DNA from: Octopus sinensis | Taxonomy: Eukaryota | DNA length: 64,000 nucleotides | Assembly: GCF_006345805.1 (NCBI RefSeq) | Contig: NC_042998.1 | Coordinates: 65,348,001-65,412,000 of the forward strand | Direction of reading: 5' to 3' | Shown: one piece after another, positions 41,176 through 55,967 of the stretch | Layout of the letters: every line of letters begins with the position of its first letter | Numbering within the stretch: position 1 is the first letter of the stretch | Position numbers and translations under genes: made by a program | The notes under the pieces: model-generated | Database searches by the model: none | What the model was told of the DNA's origin: nothing | Seen by the model: the letters and a program-made list of their open reading frames with translations, nothing else

Positions 41176-42350
41176 TCATATACATATATATCTATATATA
41201 TATAAAAACACAGCGTTTGTGTGTGTGCGCGTGCGTGTGTGTGTCCATTTGTGTCTGTTGCGTATATTTCTTATGGATTTGAAAACTGAATTGTCAATTT
41301 TGACGTATGAGGTATGAAAAGCTTCACTTATTCTTCGGCCACAAAATGCAATATGCATCTCGCACAAAAATAACTTCTAAACTAGATCATGTCATACAAG
41401 TTGGAGGTCATTTTGGGGGTAATGTTTTGATATGCTTCCAATCTACGTTGCCAATTTCAATGTTTTCGGTGTCGAAAATGCTGCAATCTACAGGGAGTAT
41501 TAGGAGAGCTTTTGTGATGCATAAAACCCTATTTGTCAACGGAAAATGGTCAAAAGACATGCCTTTATGGAACGATTAATGGAACATTCTCTAACAATAA
41601 TAGCCTTTGTACCACAACTAAACTGCCAATGTGAATGGCTTCAACATTCCCTGATTAAACAATGCCTTTCAAGTATTGTGATACAATTTCTTGGCACAAA
41701 GGCCTATTGTTTCAAGAGTAAATTGTCTAGTGAATCGTGTTTCTGGCATAATTGTTATCGCTTCTGGCATTACCACGGAAGCCAATTTGTCCATGTAAAT
41801 TTTCTTCGTAGCAAACGTCTCAGGAATGCGAAAGAATAGTTTTCAGGTTTAAATTCAATAAAATTTCCCATAGGACTAAGAACAGCAAGAGCCTATATTC
41901 GTTCACGTATGGTAAAGAAGTGAAGCAATGACTAAAACCGTTATTAGCGTATATTCATGCCTATCATTCATTCCAGAAGCCGCACAGTTGGTACGGATTT
42001 TGCTACAATCTCCCTATTTTTTTACAGTGACTGAGCGTGTACTATAACGCATGGGGTGCAAAACAAATGTATGACCTGACAACTTCAATGAAGACACTAA
42101 CAACACCATGCATATATGGGAGGGAAAATTAAGGTCACATTAACACATGAGTGCACCCACTGTGCGTGTCCTGCATTGGTCGGCGCGCACACTGGTTCAG
42201 CGATTGTTACAAAATCAAATCAATTATTCTTTATCAGCGAGATGTACTGCAATACCAACTGGTCGTGGAATTATTACTATCAACGACACGGGTAAACCCG
42301 GAGTGGATTTTGTGTTGGCGTACATTCCGCCTAAACACGAAAATCCAGGA

Positions 42351-42385
<35 letters not shown>

Positions 42386-42667
42386 ATCAATGTTGCTATA
42401 CGACATAATTTCCGGACAACGACGTGGTGTAGTGCTAGAACACACATGCATACGCAGACATATATTAGTTTATTTTTCGCTCGTTTCAACAATGCGGGTG
42501 GGCGTGCTGGACCACTGCTCACACACACACGCACAAACACAGAAATATATATTTATATACATGTTTATATATATATATATAAACAGATAAATATATATAT
42601 ATATATGCATATATATATATATATAAATATATATATTTATATATATACATGTGTATACATACACATA

Positions 42668-42875
42668 CAAAGTGTGGCCCAAAAGTAGGTTTACAGTTAT
42701 AACGTAGGCACTGTAATTTACTTTAAAAACATTTTAGTAGATTTAAATTTCTATCTTACAGTTAATTAAATTAGCATACAATAAGGCCTTCTTGATTTTT
42801 TTATAATTAAGATCTAAACTCTTAATATATGAACGCGAAGACAGTGGAATAACTGTAAACGTACTTTTGGGCTAC

Positions 42876-42878
<3 letters not shown>
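42668..42878. mobile_element. Tc1/mariner-type MITE (~210 bp)
   Basis: TIR core GCCCAAAAGTA[G/C]GTTTACAGTT inverted at both ends. Confidence 0.75.
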
Positions 42879-42969
<91 letters not shown>

Positions 42970-43041
42970 TATATATACATATAAATATATGCATACACAT
43001 GCAGACACATACATACATACATACATACATACATACATACA

Positions 43042-43077
<36 letters not shown>

Positions 43078-43552
43078 TATATATTGGGGACAACCAGAAC
43101 TAACCATCTCAAGTGAAGTGTAATTGTCCGAAATGAAAGCCAAAGAAAGCCAAGAATCACCCTTCTTTTTCTTTTTCTCCTTTTGCCCGTCCTAATTTTT
43201 GTTTCTCTTGTCCGCCTTTGTGTCGTGTATCTGTCCGAACGTTTTAACACTCTATATTGCGTTTTTCTTCCATTTATATATAAGTATATAGCGGCGTACG
43301 TAGACCATTGTGTTCATCTAAATTTTGACTGATTCTTACTTTATCTTTTATTCCCTCTCTCATTTTTCTTCCTTTCTCTCTCACATTTCTTGGCCCTCTC
43401 TTTCTTTAACTTCCACTATTTCCCACTCGTTTATTTGTCCTTCACCTGTCCCTCTGTTCTTGAATTTTTCTCTAAACCTACAATCCCGCTGTCCCCTATT
43501 CCTCTCTTCTCCTTCCTTCCACGGCATTTTGTCCGTCTTTACACACTAATTA

Positions 43553-43680
43553 CACCGCGGTCGACTTTGCCTTTCAGGGGTCGTATAAAATGTGTATCAG
43601 CTGAAGACCAGGGCCGATATAATCGACTTCCTCATTCCCTGACCCTGCTGACCTTGTCCCAAAGTTTAAAACCAAAATTA
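43553..43680 (+). mobile_element. Family M SINE fragment
   Basis: CGGTCGACTTTGCCTTTC..GGGGTCG body. Confidence 0.65.
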
Positions 43681-44614
43681 GAAGTTTATTTCTCTACATG
43701 CACGAATATAGCAATATTTCTTGCAGTATATACAATAAGATTAAATACACTATCAGAAGAATTTATTCAATTATTTCCGTGTGTGTGTGTGTGTGTGTGT
43801 TTGTGTATTCTCAATGCTAGTTTATACGATGTGTAATTCGTGCATTCGGTAAGACAATTACGAGGATTATGCGTTATTACGTATAATTTTTCCTTATAAC
43901 CACTTCGATATATAATGCTTCAATGTACCAGCAATTCAATGATCTTTCAAATATGTGGTCAATAAATTCATATACACAAACAAAAACGTGCACATCTACA
44001 CGAAGCTCTAGATTTAAATGAATTACCGCATTGAAAAGCGAATTTTGTTGCTATACGGTTTTGAATTGAGGAAAGTGTCCGGATTGTTATGAAGTTCGAT
44101 AGTCGATCACCGTTTTTATAATATGTTATCGATTTATGGATTCTTTTTTATTATGAAAGTAATCTATGGTAGATCACTCGCAGATATGAAATTTATCGAT
44201 TATCTGAGATCGTCCATTTATAAATGAGGTGCTAGTAACTAATTTATGCGTAGGAAATTGTTGGTTGTTATGTGTTGCCACGTGTCCAGTAAAATAATGT
44301 AAATTTACTTTCAAAGGCTTCGTTGCGTTATACAATTCATATTGGATTCCGTGATATGGTATCGAAAAGTTGAATAATCAGACGAAATGATATGTCTTGA
44401 AGTACATTCGGATCATATTTGTCGTAAATTTGGGGCCTATTTATGTCGAAATACTGTTCTACATAGACACAAAATTTTCGTATTTTGGATGCTTCTCATG
44501 CCACTTCTTCGCAGCAAATCTTCAATGATTCATTTTGTAGATATATGAAACAAATACTAGCATATATTCAGGTATGCTGTTCAGTGTCTTCCTTTTTTTT
44601 TTACTTATTCCTCA

Positions 44615-44795
44615 TATATGCGCTGGAGTGGCTATGTGGGACGTAGCTTGCTTACCAATCACATGGTTGCGGATTCAGTCCTACTGCGTGGAACCTTGGG
44701 TAGTGCCTTCTACTGTAGCTTCGGGCCGACCAATGCCTTGTGAGTTGATTTGGTAGACGGAGACGGAAAGAAGTCCGTCGTTAATATATATATGC

Positions 44796-44827
<32 letters not shown>

Positions 44828-45058
44828 TGTGTGTGTGTGTATTTTTGTTTGTGTTTGTCCCGCCCAACTTCGCTTGACAACCGATGCCGGTCTGTTTCCG
44901 TCCCCGTAACTTAGCAGTTCGGCAAAATAGACCGTTTGAATAAGTACTAGGCTAACAAACAATAACTCCTGGGGGCGATTTGCTCGACTAAAGGCAATGC
45001 TCCAACATGGCCGCAGTCAAGTGACTGTAACAAGTAAAAGAATAAAAGAATAAAAATT
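44615..45058 (+). mobile_element. tRNA-derived SINE with internal (TG)n and (TAAAAGA)n tail
   Basis: Head, CCTTGGG..GTG.CTT motif reminiscent of CORE-SINEs, internal microsatellite; tail homologous to 63862-64000. Confidence 0.85.
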
Positions 45059-45363
45059 GTAACTTCATTAATATTTCAGAAATTCCATTTTCAACAGATG
45101 AGTTAAATCCTAATGTAGTAAATACGGTGGTTTACTGTACAGTATGAATTAATCTGAGAGATTAAATGATTTTAATCAATGCTTATGGATATATAGTAAT
45201 TTAAGAAGAAGAAGCGCCTTAATTACTATTAGAGCTCCAATAACATGTCAGTCAAATCTGGATTTAATAAGTTCACACGAGTCCGATAATCAATCTCCCA
45301 CTGTCCCTGTAGACGTTTAATCTGGCAGGCGAGAACAGCCAAAATAACTTCATGTGCGTGCGC

Positions 45364-45418
<55 letters not shown>

Positions 45419-45796
45419 CGCGTGTGAGTGTGTGCGTGCCTTTCTGTATGTGTATACACACACGTGAACAGATACACAAACACACATGTGACTGTGTTTG
45501 TGTGTGCGCGTGTATTGGTAATTAGTTACAATTTTATTTCTCTAAATGAACCTGAATCTGTCATTGAATCAAATAGCTATTTGCAAAATGCGTTAAATAC
45601 GTTTGGCAAGGTTGGAAAACCTTGCACATAGACATTTCCTTGTATATCTAAACGGCTGAACAAAATAAATGGATCGCATGCATCTCTTTTGTATCTGCAG
45701 CAACGCATCTTGTCTTGTCTATGTAGCAGGTAACACAAAAAGTAACTAGTCTCTTATAGGGTACTAGTCGGACAAGTCCTATGTTTTGTGATAATA

Positions 45797-46335
45797 TTGG
45801 GTTGTCCGGAAAGTTCGAGCCGATTTTTAAACGAAAGAAAAAGGTCAATAATTGCATTTTTAATCAACCAAATATGAACCATTTTGTTGCACAATATGTC
45901 TCCATCTTTCTTTTAACTTCAAAAATTGAGATGGTTTCATGGCAAAGAATTCATCAAGGTATCTTTACGTCATCCAAGGAATTGAAATTTTCACCATTAA
46001 GACTATTCTGCAGAGACCAGAATAACTGAAAATCCGAAGGACCAATTTGTGGTGAATATGGACAGTGGGATAAATCATTCCAGCCGAGCTACAACAATGT
46101 TTGTCTGGTTCCCAAAGCATCAAGTGCCGAAAATGAACTTTCTTATCTTTCATTTTAAAAGGTTACAGCATTAACACATGTTATAGGAACATAAACCTTC
46201 TTCCACGTAAAGATAGCTTAAACTATGCTCAAAATGGAGGTGTAGTCAAATCCTATTTTATGGACTCAACTATGTCCTAAAATAAGTCGAAAGTTCAGCT
46301 GCTATAAATCGGCACGAACTTTCCGGACAGCCCAA
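45797..46335. mobile_element. Internally deleted mariner (539 bp)
   Basis: 30-bp TIRs TTGGG[T/C]TGTCCGGAAAGTTCG[A/T]GCCGATTT with 2 mismatches; TA on both sides. Confidence 0.93.
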
Positions 46336-47759
46336 TAGACAGCAAGGAAGTGGGGTAACGTTATTTAAATGATCAACAAGCCCGAGTTAGTCGCATAATA
46401 GATATTTTAATCAGACAATTCGTAAATAATATACGAAAACATTTGCAAATTGGCCAGTGCCATCGACAATAGCTTTGCTACGAACGTATGTCTGAGTACT
46501 TATCAAACAACATGTGTTGTATATCAGTGTGATATATATGACAGTGATGTAACTGTGTAAATACATTTAGAACAGTGTCTTATAAAATATCACGTAACAG
46601 CGATAAAAAAATACAGTTAGTAAACAATAACAGAAAATGTATTCTCAATCGCGCGTTTATATTTTCCAAGAATTTTGTTTTTATTCGAATATTTTCTTTC
46701 CGTTTAAACTCTGATGCAATTAGACAAGCTAAGATTCAAATTACTAAAGCAGTCTTGAATTCAATTAATTTCAAGTGAAAACAAGTTTTACATTACGACA
46801 TTTACTCTTTTATATATATACTTCCTGTTTTTTATAACATTTTTAAAAATCTTGATAACAATATTTTGTTTGTTCTCTTGGTAAAGGCGGACTAAGCTCA
46901 TTTCGAAAACAATTTAGACAGTAAAAAAAAAACAATTAAATAAATGAGAAGGTAAGTAATTATTCCAAGTTAATAAATCAATTGAGTTTAATGTTATTGA
47001 TCTTTAATTAACATATAAATGTAAATTAATCCTCACTCTTGAAACCATCTCTAACATAATCATAGCCTATTGGATAGTACAATCTACTGATTCTGAAAAA
47101 ATATTCTGCAGACAAATTTGAAATTCTAATGGAAGCTTTATAAAGTATTTTACCGATTCCGTATGTCATTTTCTTTAACTTATTTACTTTTTACTTATAT
47201 TATCAATGAAACATTTGTCTCAACGTAAATAATTACTTTTCGATTTGCTTTGAATCTTGTAATATATTTCTGTGTGCGCTGATAAATTTCAATTAAACCA
47301 ATTCCATTGAGTGGCCAAATGCGCTGCAGGATTTAAAGAAAATTAAATTGTATTTTTCTTAGACATAAATTCTTACAAAATGTATTACCATACGTATTCT
47401 AACCAGTGCACTACATGAATCTAGCAGCTATTGAAGCTATTGAATTAGACAACACCAATTATGAGGCATAGTCTTACTACTTTTCATTCTCTCCTTTGGG
47501 GGTGGGGGATTGAAAAAATTCGATTATATCAGAAATATTAGATATATTGAAGGTCGCTGTGATGAGGTAATAACCGTAACGATCGTAAACATAACCTTCG
47601 GAATAGAGGGGATTGAATATTGCATTAGTATACAAATATATTTCTAAAATATATGTAATGATTTCTATCTTTTCGTAATTCGTAATACTTTTCCCAAAAT
47701 AAATCCTACGTAAGGAATATTCTAGCTTTAGTTCTGCTACATGCATTCAAGTATATGAT

Positions 47760-48514
47760 ATTAGAGAGAGATAGATGTAGATACAGATGCAAATAGTCAA
47801 GACAGACGACCGATGTCGCATTGACCATGCCAGAGAAAATTTAAGCAGGGAATCTTTGTTAAAAGCTTGACGATACCTGCTCAGAAGCCTACACAATGTT
47901 TTTAAAATGTTTCTATCGTTCTCGGCACAATCAAGCAGACCTTGTGCAACTGAAACCCGAGAGTCTTTTTCGTCAGCTGAAAGCAGTTTTGGTACAAACA
48001 TGAGAGGTACGCATTTCAAATCTTCAGTGATAAGGGACTGAACTGAACCGTAAATAATCTGCGCGTCCACTAATAACTTACTTATGGTGATGCGACAATT
48101 TCCCCTCACCGCTGCGCGCACATCTGCAATCTTTTTCTCAGCTCTGCTGGTTGTGGGTCATCCAGAACGTTTGTCAATATCGACATTTTTTCGGCCATCT
48201 TGGAAATGTCTGAACTATTCTTACACTAGTGTGGGGTTCAATCACACCTCTCCATACACTTTCTGAAATTTTGCGTAGGCCTCTGAGCTGGTGTTGCCAT
48301 GACAACTAGCTGTTTCATGGTCATTGGACGATCACACGCTACACATGCTCCTTTGAAGCAGTGCTGTAAGCATCGGGCATGCCGTAGAACGTGTAAACTT
48401 AGTGGGCATACACATCAAAGTTCAAGGTCACGGTTTACACAGCGGCTTCCCTCTGCATATTTTTAAATTCGATACTATGACAATAGTCCGGATACTTGTT
48501 GATCATCCCTCGTA
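47760..48514 (-). mobile_element. Mariner 5' half, decayed
   Basis: TIR TACGAGGGATGATCAACAAGTATCCGGAC; FVPKLLSADEKDSRV. Confidence 0.88.
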
Positions 48515-49268
48515 TTTATGCGCTTCTGTATATGTGTGTGAGTGAGTGTGATTGTGCGCGCACGCGCGTGTTTTTTTTGTTTGTTTGTTTGTTTGTGTGT
48601 GTGTGTGAGTGTATAAACATATTTCTGTTTGGATATTCTAAATCGTTCCAAGTAAGATTTTATTCATACGAATAGAAATATACGACCTGTCACTTATTTA
48701 TATTATGTTCCAAAATACTTTATTACATGCGCACATACACAGTCATACCTTCTTCTTTTATTTTTATTATTCCTGTTTCATGTGCGCATATTGAAACGCA
48801 CAGGGAGGAACGTAAATGTTAACCTTTAAACGTCTTCTAGAATGCTATTGAGGGAAGAAAAATTGTATTCAGTTCATATCACGCAGGAAAGTATAATGTT
48901 TAATATTGAGCCTGATTTTCGTGTAAGCTGTAATAATTGCTCTATATATCTTTTATATATTTTCAGAACAATTGCTGCATTGAAATGTTGTACATTTTAA
49001 GTAATGAAAAGCGAAAAATCAAACAAAATTTTTACAAAGTATTTTCAATAGGAGTACAATACAATAAAATGTGTGAAAAGATATTTATTTACTCGTGAAA
49101 GAAATCTTACATTCATACGAAAACGTCAAATATTATCCCGAGAATATAGTTCTTTTTATGTTATAATAACCGCTCCACTAGCAAGATCTTGGAAAAGCAA
49201 TGAAATTAGATTTTTAAAATGAAACAAATCTATCAAAACAACAAGAATTCGCTAAGAAAAAAGTATTT

Positions 49269-49338
<70 letters not shown>

Positions 49339-49487
49339 GTAACATAAAAAAACAAACAAACGACAAAAACAGAACAGAAAAAGGATAATTTTGTAGTATT
49401 TTAATGGAATAAAGGATTTATGAAGAGTATGGTCCGGAGTTTCACAAACCGTTATTATTATTATTATTATCATTATTATTATTATTA

Positions 49488-49559
<72 letters not shown>

Positions 49560-49561
<2 letters not shown>

Positions 49562-51574
49562 TGTAGTTTTATTTTTATAGTGTGCTTTCACTTCACTACC
49601 GAGTGCAGCTCTGTGTGCCTTGGGTATGTACTGTGATTTGTTGTAATGCTCAGATGGTTATTGTATGGAAAGTGTTCTGTGTAGGATGTGTGCAGTGCCT
49701 AGTAGTGCAATTTTCTGTATGTTATATGTGTTTGTAAGTCCTGGTGTTTTTGTTATGTATTTGTCTGAATATTTTTTTATCATGCCTAATGCACCAACTA
49801 TGATAGGAATTGTTTCTGTTTTTAGATTCCACATTCTGGTTACCTCTATTTCCAGGTCTTTGTATGTTGAAAGTTTCTCCATTTCTTTTAGAGAAACATT
49901 GTCATCTGCCGGTATTGATACATGAATTAGAAAGCAATTTTTTCTTCATGATCCCTGACAACTATATCGGCCTTAATTTCTCTATCTGTGTGTATCGGCA
50001 TATCCAAGAGTATGGTTGCTTTCTCGTTTTCTGTGACCTTTTCTGGTGTGTGCCTATACCTTCTTTTTTCTGTTGTTATTCCATAATGTTGGCATAGCTT
50101 CCAGGGTATGTATGTTCAAACTCTGTCATGTCTGTGAATATATTCCTTCTTAGCCGGGACTGGGCAGCCAGAGATAATATGATTTATTGTTTCTTGTCCA
50201 TCTCCACATATTCTGCAGTTACTAGTTATATTTCTCTTCATTACATGCTTTTGGTAATTTCTGGTGGGGAGGCTTTGGTCTTGTGCTGCAATTAAAAATC
50301 CCTCTATCTCTGCTTTGAGTCCTGAGCTTCTCAACCATTGCTGGGATTTTTCTTTGTCTATTTCTTTTGCGTTTAGTTTAGTGCAGTATTTACCATGGTC
50401 CGTTGCTGTTCTATTTTTAGTTTGGATTTCATTTGTTTTATAGTTTTTGTTGTTTCTTCATCTTCTTCTTCTTCTTTTTCATATTTATTAGGTGGTATGA
50501 TTTCTTGTTTGTATTTGTCAGCTTCCTTAAATACTGAGAACAGTTTTTTGTTTTGCTCGTGTTTTGCCGATATTTGTATCAGCTTTCCTTCCTTCTGAAG
50601 TAGATATTTTTTCTGTCCTATGGTGGTTATTTTTATAGTAGTTTTCCAGCTGTATAAGGCCTCTACCACCTTCTATACGTTGTATATATAGTCTTTCTAT
50701 GTTAGATTTTGGGTGATGCATCCTAGATCCTGTCATTATTTTTCTTGTTTTCCTATCTATTTTGGTCAGTTCATTTAGTGTCCAGTTAAGGATATTGTAG
50801 CTATAACTTATAACTGGGGCAGCTAAAGTGTTAATACCTATTATCTTGTTTTTAGCATTGAGCTCTGTATTTAGTATTGATCTAACTCGTCTATAATATT
50901 CTTTTTTAATTTTCTCTTTCATTTGTGTGTGTTGTGTCTTATCTAGTTCATGGATTCCTAAGTATTTGTAAGTTTGGCATTGGTCTAATTCTTTTATTTC
51001 ATTGTTTTTATCTAGTGTGATGTTGCTACTCTTAACTAGTTTTCCTCTTCTCATGGTTACTTTGGCGCATTTTTCTAATCCGAATTTCATATCTATTTCT
51101 TTGGTAAATCCATCAACTGTCTTTAATAGTGTTTCCAGCTGTTTGTCCTTTGCAGCGTATAGTTTTAGGTCATCCATATATAAAAGGTGGCTGATCGTTT
51201 TTCCGTAACATTTATATTCGCATCCAGTTCTATTTAGCATATCAGATAGAGGTGACAGTGCCAAGCAGAAAAGGAGTGGAGATAGCGTGTCTCAATGGAA
51301 TATTCCTCTTCTAATGGGGATGGCTTTGGTTTTCGTGAGTCCCTCTTTGGTTTGGAGCTGTAGCACTGTTTGACATTTATTCATATAGTGCCCTATGCAT
51401 TTTATAATTGTTGGTGCTACTTTGTTAATGGCCAGTGTTTCGAGGATCCATGTGTGGGGGATGCTATAAAACGCCTTTTTGTAGTCGATCCAGGCCATAC
51501 TGAGGCATATCTTCTTTCTGTGGCTGTCTTCAGTTATGGCTTTATTAATCATTAGTTGATCTTTACAGCCATAT

Positions 51575-51575
<1 letters not shown>
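49560..51575 (-). mobile_element. R4/Dong-like retrotransposon (subfamily C), 5'-truncated
   Basis: WIDYKKAF, RRGIF, YMDDLKLY, HPKSNIERLY, CRIC..ETINHIISGC, RHDRV, LLGTAHILHR; (ATT)n on both sides. Confidence 0.95.
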
Positions 51576-51625
<50 letters not shown>

Positions 51626-51666
51626 TATTATTATTATCATCATCATCATTATTATTATTATTATTA

Positions 51667-52265
51667 CTTTTTTTTCTTCTTTCAAATTTGCTTCCATTTC
51701 TTGCCGAGTGTCTTCCCGACTCCTAGGGCAAAGAAACTCATAGTATACAATGGTAGGCCATTAAACCAAACTCAGTAGTTCGTTCATTTTTTTTCTTTTT
51801 TTTTAAAGTTAAATTAAAATACATGAGCACTGTAAGAGTTTGCGGTGTGTCTCTCTTGAGATGGCCTACCTAATGTATAGTAATAAGCGTATATTACTTC
51901 TTTATACTCTTCTCGGGTCCATTTGTTCCGCTTACAATTTTCTTTCTGTGGTGGTTGTGGTGGTGAACTTGGAGGGCTCGAGTTGGGGGATTTCCCGTTC
52001 AAGTGACCATCCATGTCTGTATTCGGAGAAGAGTTTGTGCCAGTTGATGACTTTTCGATCCCAGGCTGGCTCTTCCCTGGGAGACGCGCTTCCAGTTTAA
52101 CCATAGGACAAGCGATTTGGTATACTGATTTAGTTTTCCTTTTAGTTTCCAAAAACATGTTGGTGCTACGATAATGTTATCATTTTTTAGCTTTGATTGG
52201 CTCGTGGGGAGACGGACATCATTGCCGTTACAATTATAATCGTACTATTATAGCAGCCGTAGTCG
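51667..52265 (-). mobile_element. Bipartite internally deleted Dong derivative (5' end plus subfamily-B 3' UTR)
   Basis: N-terminal KRNKWTREEYKEVIYAYYY joined at ~51829 to a 3' UTR nearly identical to 3632-3797; between (ATT)n arrays. Confidence 0.85.
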
Positions 52266-52279
52266 GCTTATTATTATTA

Positions 52280-52347
<68 letters not shown>

Positions 52348-52608
52348 GTCATTTTTATTACTGTTGTCGACATTGCCGTTCATGTTATGAGTATCATTAT
52401 GATCATCATTATCATCATAAGCATCATCATCACCCTCATCATTAGCATCAGCAATACCACCGTCGTTATTATCAATATCAGCAATTCCCTTCTCCTTCTC
52501 CTCTTCCTCTTTCTTATTCTTCCTTTTCTTCGATATCTTTTTCTTTTTCTTCTTCACTTTCTTCTTCCGTCTTCTTGTACTTTCTTCTTCTTCTTCTTCT
52601 TTTTCTCC

Positions 52609-52665
<57 letters not shown>

Positions 52666-52870
52666 TATTTTTATTATTATTATTTTTCCAGGTGGACATT
52701 ACCTTTCATCATCCCGAGGTTGATAAAATAAGTAGTTACCCACTCCTCCGAAATTGCTGACCATGTGCCATAATTTCAAACCATCGTCGCCATCATCATC
52801 ATCATCATCAACATCCTCATCATCATCAGTAGTAGTAGTAGTGGTGGTGGTGGTTCTAGTAGAAGTAGTT
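52266..52870. repeat. Compound ATT/CAT/CTT/GTA trinucleotide tract
   Basis: Direct reading. Confidence 0.9.
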
Positions 52871-55678
52871 TTAGTAGTCATATTTAATGTTTCACTTCTT
52901 TTATTTATCTCTATTTGTCTTCTTTTCATATTCACGTTTTCACATTTTACCCGCTCTTTCTTCTTTTGTACAAACTCGTTTTATGTTATTTAGTTTTTGT
53001 GCACGTATTCATCAGTTTTGTAATTTTTCTTCTTCTATTTTTTTTTGTTTAAATAATAGTTTCTTTCATTCGATGTCAAAATTAAATTTCTAGTTGCTGA
53101 TGCTGTTTTCTTGCTAATATTATAAACCTTATTTTTCTCTTTGGTTTGTCATTATTGGTGTTGTTCATATTACCTATGATCAAATATTTCTTACGGCTGT
53201 TCATTTTGTTTAGTTTCGGCTTCAAAGCTGTTTTTCTTCTTTTCTTCTTTTGCGTCTTGTCTTCAGCAGTATCAATTCTATCAACATATAATTTCACTAC
53301 AAGTAAAGTTAATATTATTTTTTTTTTGTTCTTTGTTTTTAGCACAGGGACTATTAAGACAAGTGAATTGCTTTGATATTAAATTGTATTTCTTAGGTAT
53401 AATTTCTTTCTCTAAATTGTATAGTTCCATCAACATTCTAAAACTACTTTCATATTACTCAATAGATTTTTATTCTGAGTCAATAAGATTTAGAAACAAT
53501 AAATTTTGCGTTTTACATTTTTAGAAAACAGATCGAGTCATAATTTTATTTTATTTTTTCATCAATTTCCCAACTATTGATTTTTCAAGTTTTCAAGTTA
53601 AATAAATACAACATAACTAATAAATATGACATAATCTATTGAAATATTTTCATGTTTAACAAAAGCACATGGCAACGGAACGTATATTAATATCTAAAAT
53701 CCTATAGTGATTTAAATTGTACGTATGGATTATTTTTGAAAAAGAAATACTTGTAAGACAACATATTTGTAAATTGATGTTCGCAAAAAAGACGAGAAAG
53801 AGAAAGTATATATTGCTTTGATTCATTACAATATTAAATAAATCAAATTCATGCTACTTCTAAGTATTATTTTCAATCATGTCAGAAGAAAAGACAGGCA
53901 TATTATAGAAGGAGAATAAATACTTTCTGAAAAATAAAATAATATTATTAGTGCAGCAGATTGCAAAGTTATATGTATACACAAAATTCTGCTGAGCCAG
54001 TAACTAAGACACACAGGTTCAAATTTATTCATATAACTATAGATCCGATTTTAAGTAGAGACAAAAATATTAGAATCCAGTTAGTATATGTCTAAACATC
54101 GAAATAAATTTTCATACTAGTATTTCAGTTATAGTGGAGAATCCTCTAGTGCACATGATGCGGATATTATTAGTTCAGAGCCTAAGACTTCTATAAATAT
54201 TATAACTGGCAAAATTGCTATATATATATATATATATATATATGCAATTGCTACAGATATCATAGCCAGTAGTAATGTTTGTGTGTGTGTTGCATAAAAT
54301 ATAATATACTGTATCTCAGAGTAGAATACTATTTCAGAGTATTCTACTATATAACACTGATATATGGTGTATATATTTACCTTAGTTTTGTCGCAGAAAG
54401 CAGCCACCAAATAAAAAGAAATGCTATAAGCTATATTATTTCATATTGATGTATATCTCTCACTTCCTTGTCGTATGTTTACTTATGGAACATAGTGTTA
54501 TTGTGCGATGATTGTATCTGGCCATAATGAAACATTTCTTGCTTTTTGAATCTGTTATGCTCGATGTATTCTGTACAATCAATTTTCCTCACTTCAGTTA
54601 CCCAGATATTAGATTATATGTAATATTTGTGGCCTTTCGCGGATGGATAATCAGTGTCGTTTCGAATAAACGCGTTGTAAACGCATTGAGATATTGTTTT
54701 GAAGAAATGGATATGATGATAATATTTCCTTGTTTTGCATTCCAAAATATTTTGATCAAATATAATTTTAAACGTATACGATCTAAGCAAGCACATTTCA
54801 AATTCACTATTTAGTATCTTCCAAGAAAATTGAGTGCCATTCAGAAACATTTCGCAAAATGAAAATGAGACTAATAAAGAAAATACTTCATTAAACTAGA
54901 AGCTGCTTCAATCGAAAGAAATAATATGGTAATTTGAAATTTTGGAAGTTTATTCGGACCAAACTACTACAGATATAAGCCTAACGTTTTGTTTTTATAG
55001 GTGATAGCATAGGAAATTTTGACGTTAATTATAGATTTCTGTTAAGAAATATAACATCACAGAATTTTGTCGGTGATTGTCTGGAACAAATAGATTATTA
55101 TATATGCAAAAACGCATATATATTTATGGTAAAACTATAAAATAGTGAAAAAAAAAAGATACATTTTTTTTTATAAAACACCTTCAACATGATAAAACAG
55201 ACTTAAATGACGAGAAATTTTCGTTAATGTACTAAATGTTAAATGATAAACGTAAGATGAAACGGAAGAGAAATTCGAATACCAACACACCATTTGGAAT
55301 AAAATGCAAATTCACAAACAGCGAGATGTAACATTGTAGGTTTATGCGATAACACAACTAACACTAAAACCATCACTGCCATCGTGCACATCATCAACGT
55401 AGTAGCCATCTTCGACGACGTCGTCGTCGTCGTCATCATCATCATCATCATCGGTATATCCTCTACCAAAACTACTTACATTCATATCGCCGTGTTAATT
55501 ACAACCACCACTTATGTCAGTAACAAATTCGTCATTATTGTCGTCAGCCGTTACATATCCTAGAATATACCTCATATAACATTGTTACATCATACAAGCA
55601 AGCAACAAGAAAGAAAGACCCATAAAATGCTACATTTTAATACTCACCTATACACACATATACACACAATCACAGAAA

Positions 55679-55716
<38 letters not shown>

Positions 55717-55887
55717 TATATATATTATATATATAATTATCATATATATATTATATATATATATATATATATAAATGTTTATGTATTGATATTGGGTGTA
55801 CACATACATACCTTCAAATAGATGTATTCATATATTCCATTTTTCTTACTTCCTTTCCCTATGCCTCCACACTATATGCATATTTCC

Positions 55888-55926
<39 letters not shown>

Positions 55927-55967
55927 GAAATATATATATATATGTGAGGTGTTATATATATTTTTTT

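Noticed and set aside
47410-47746. AIELDNTNYEA (TPR-like) and an 89-aa minus ORF
   Set aside because: Bounded by stops, lacks the rest of a TPR helix pair, and no supporting exon structure
33014-48990. Several small AG...GT-bounded open segments (33014-33061, 37160-37212, ~44540-44571, 45080-45144, ~45700-45729)
   Set aside because: They cannot be chained into a recognisable protein, and such pairs arise often by chance in AT-rich DNA
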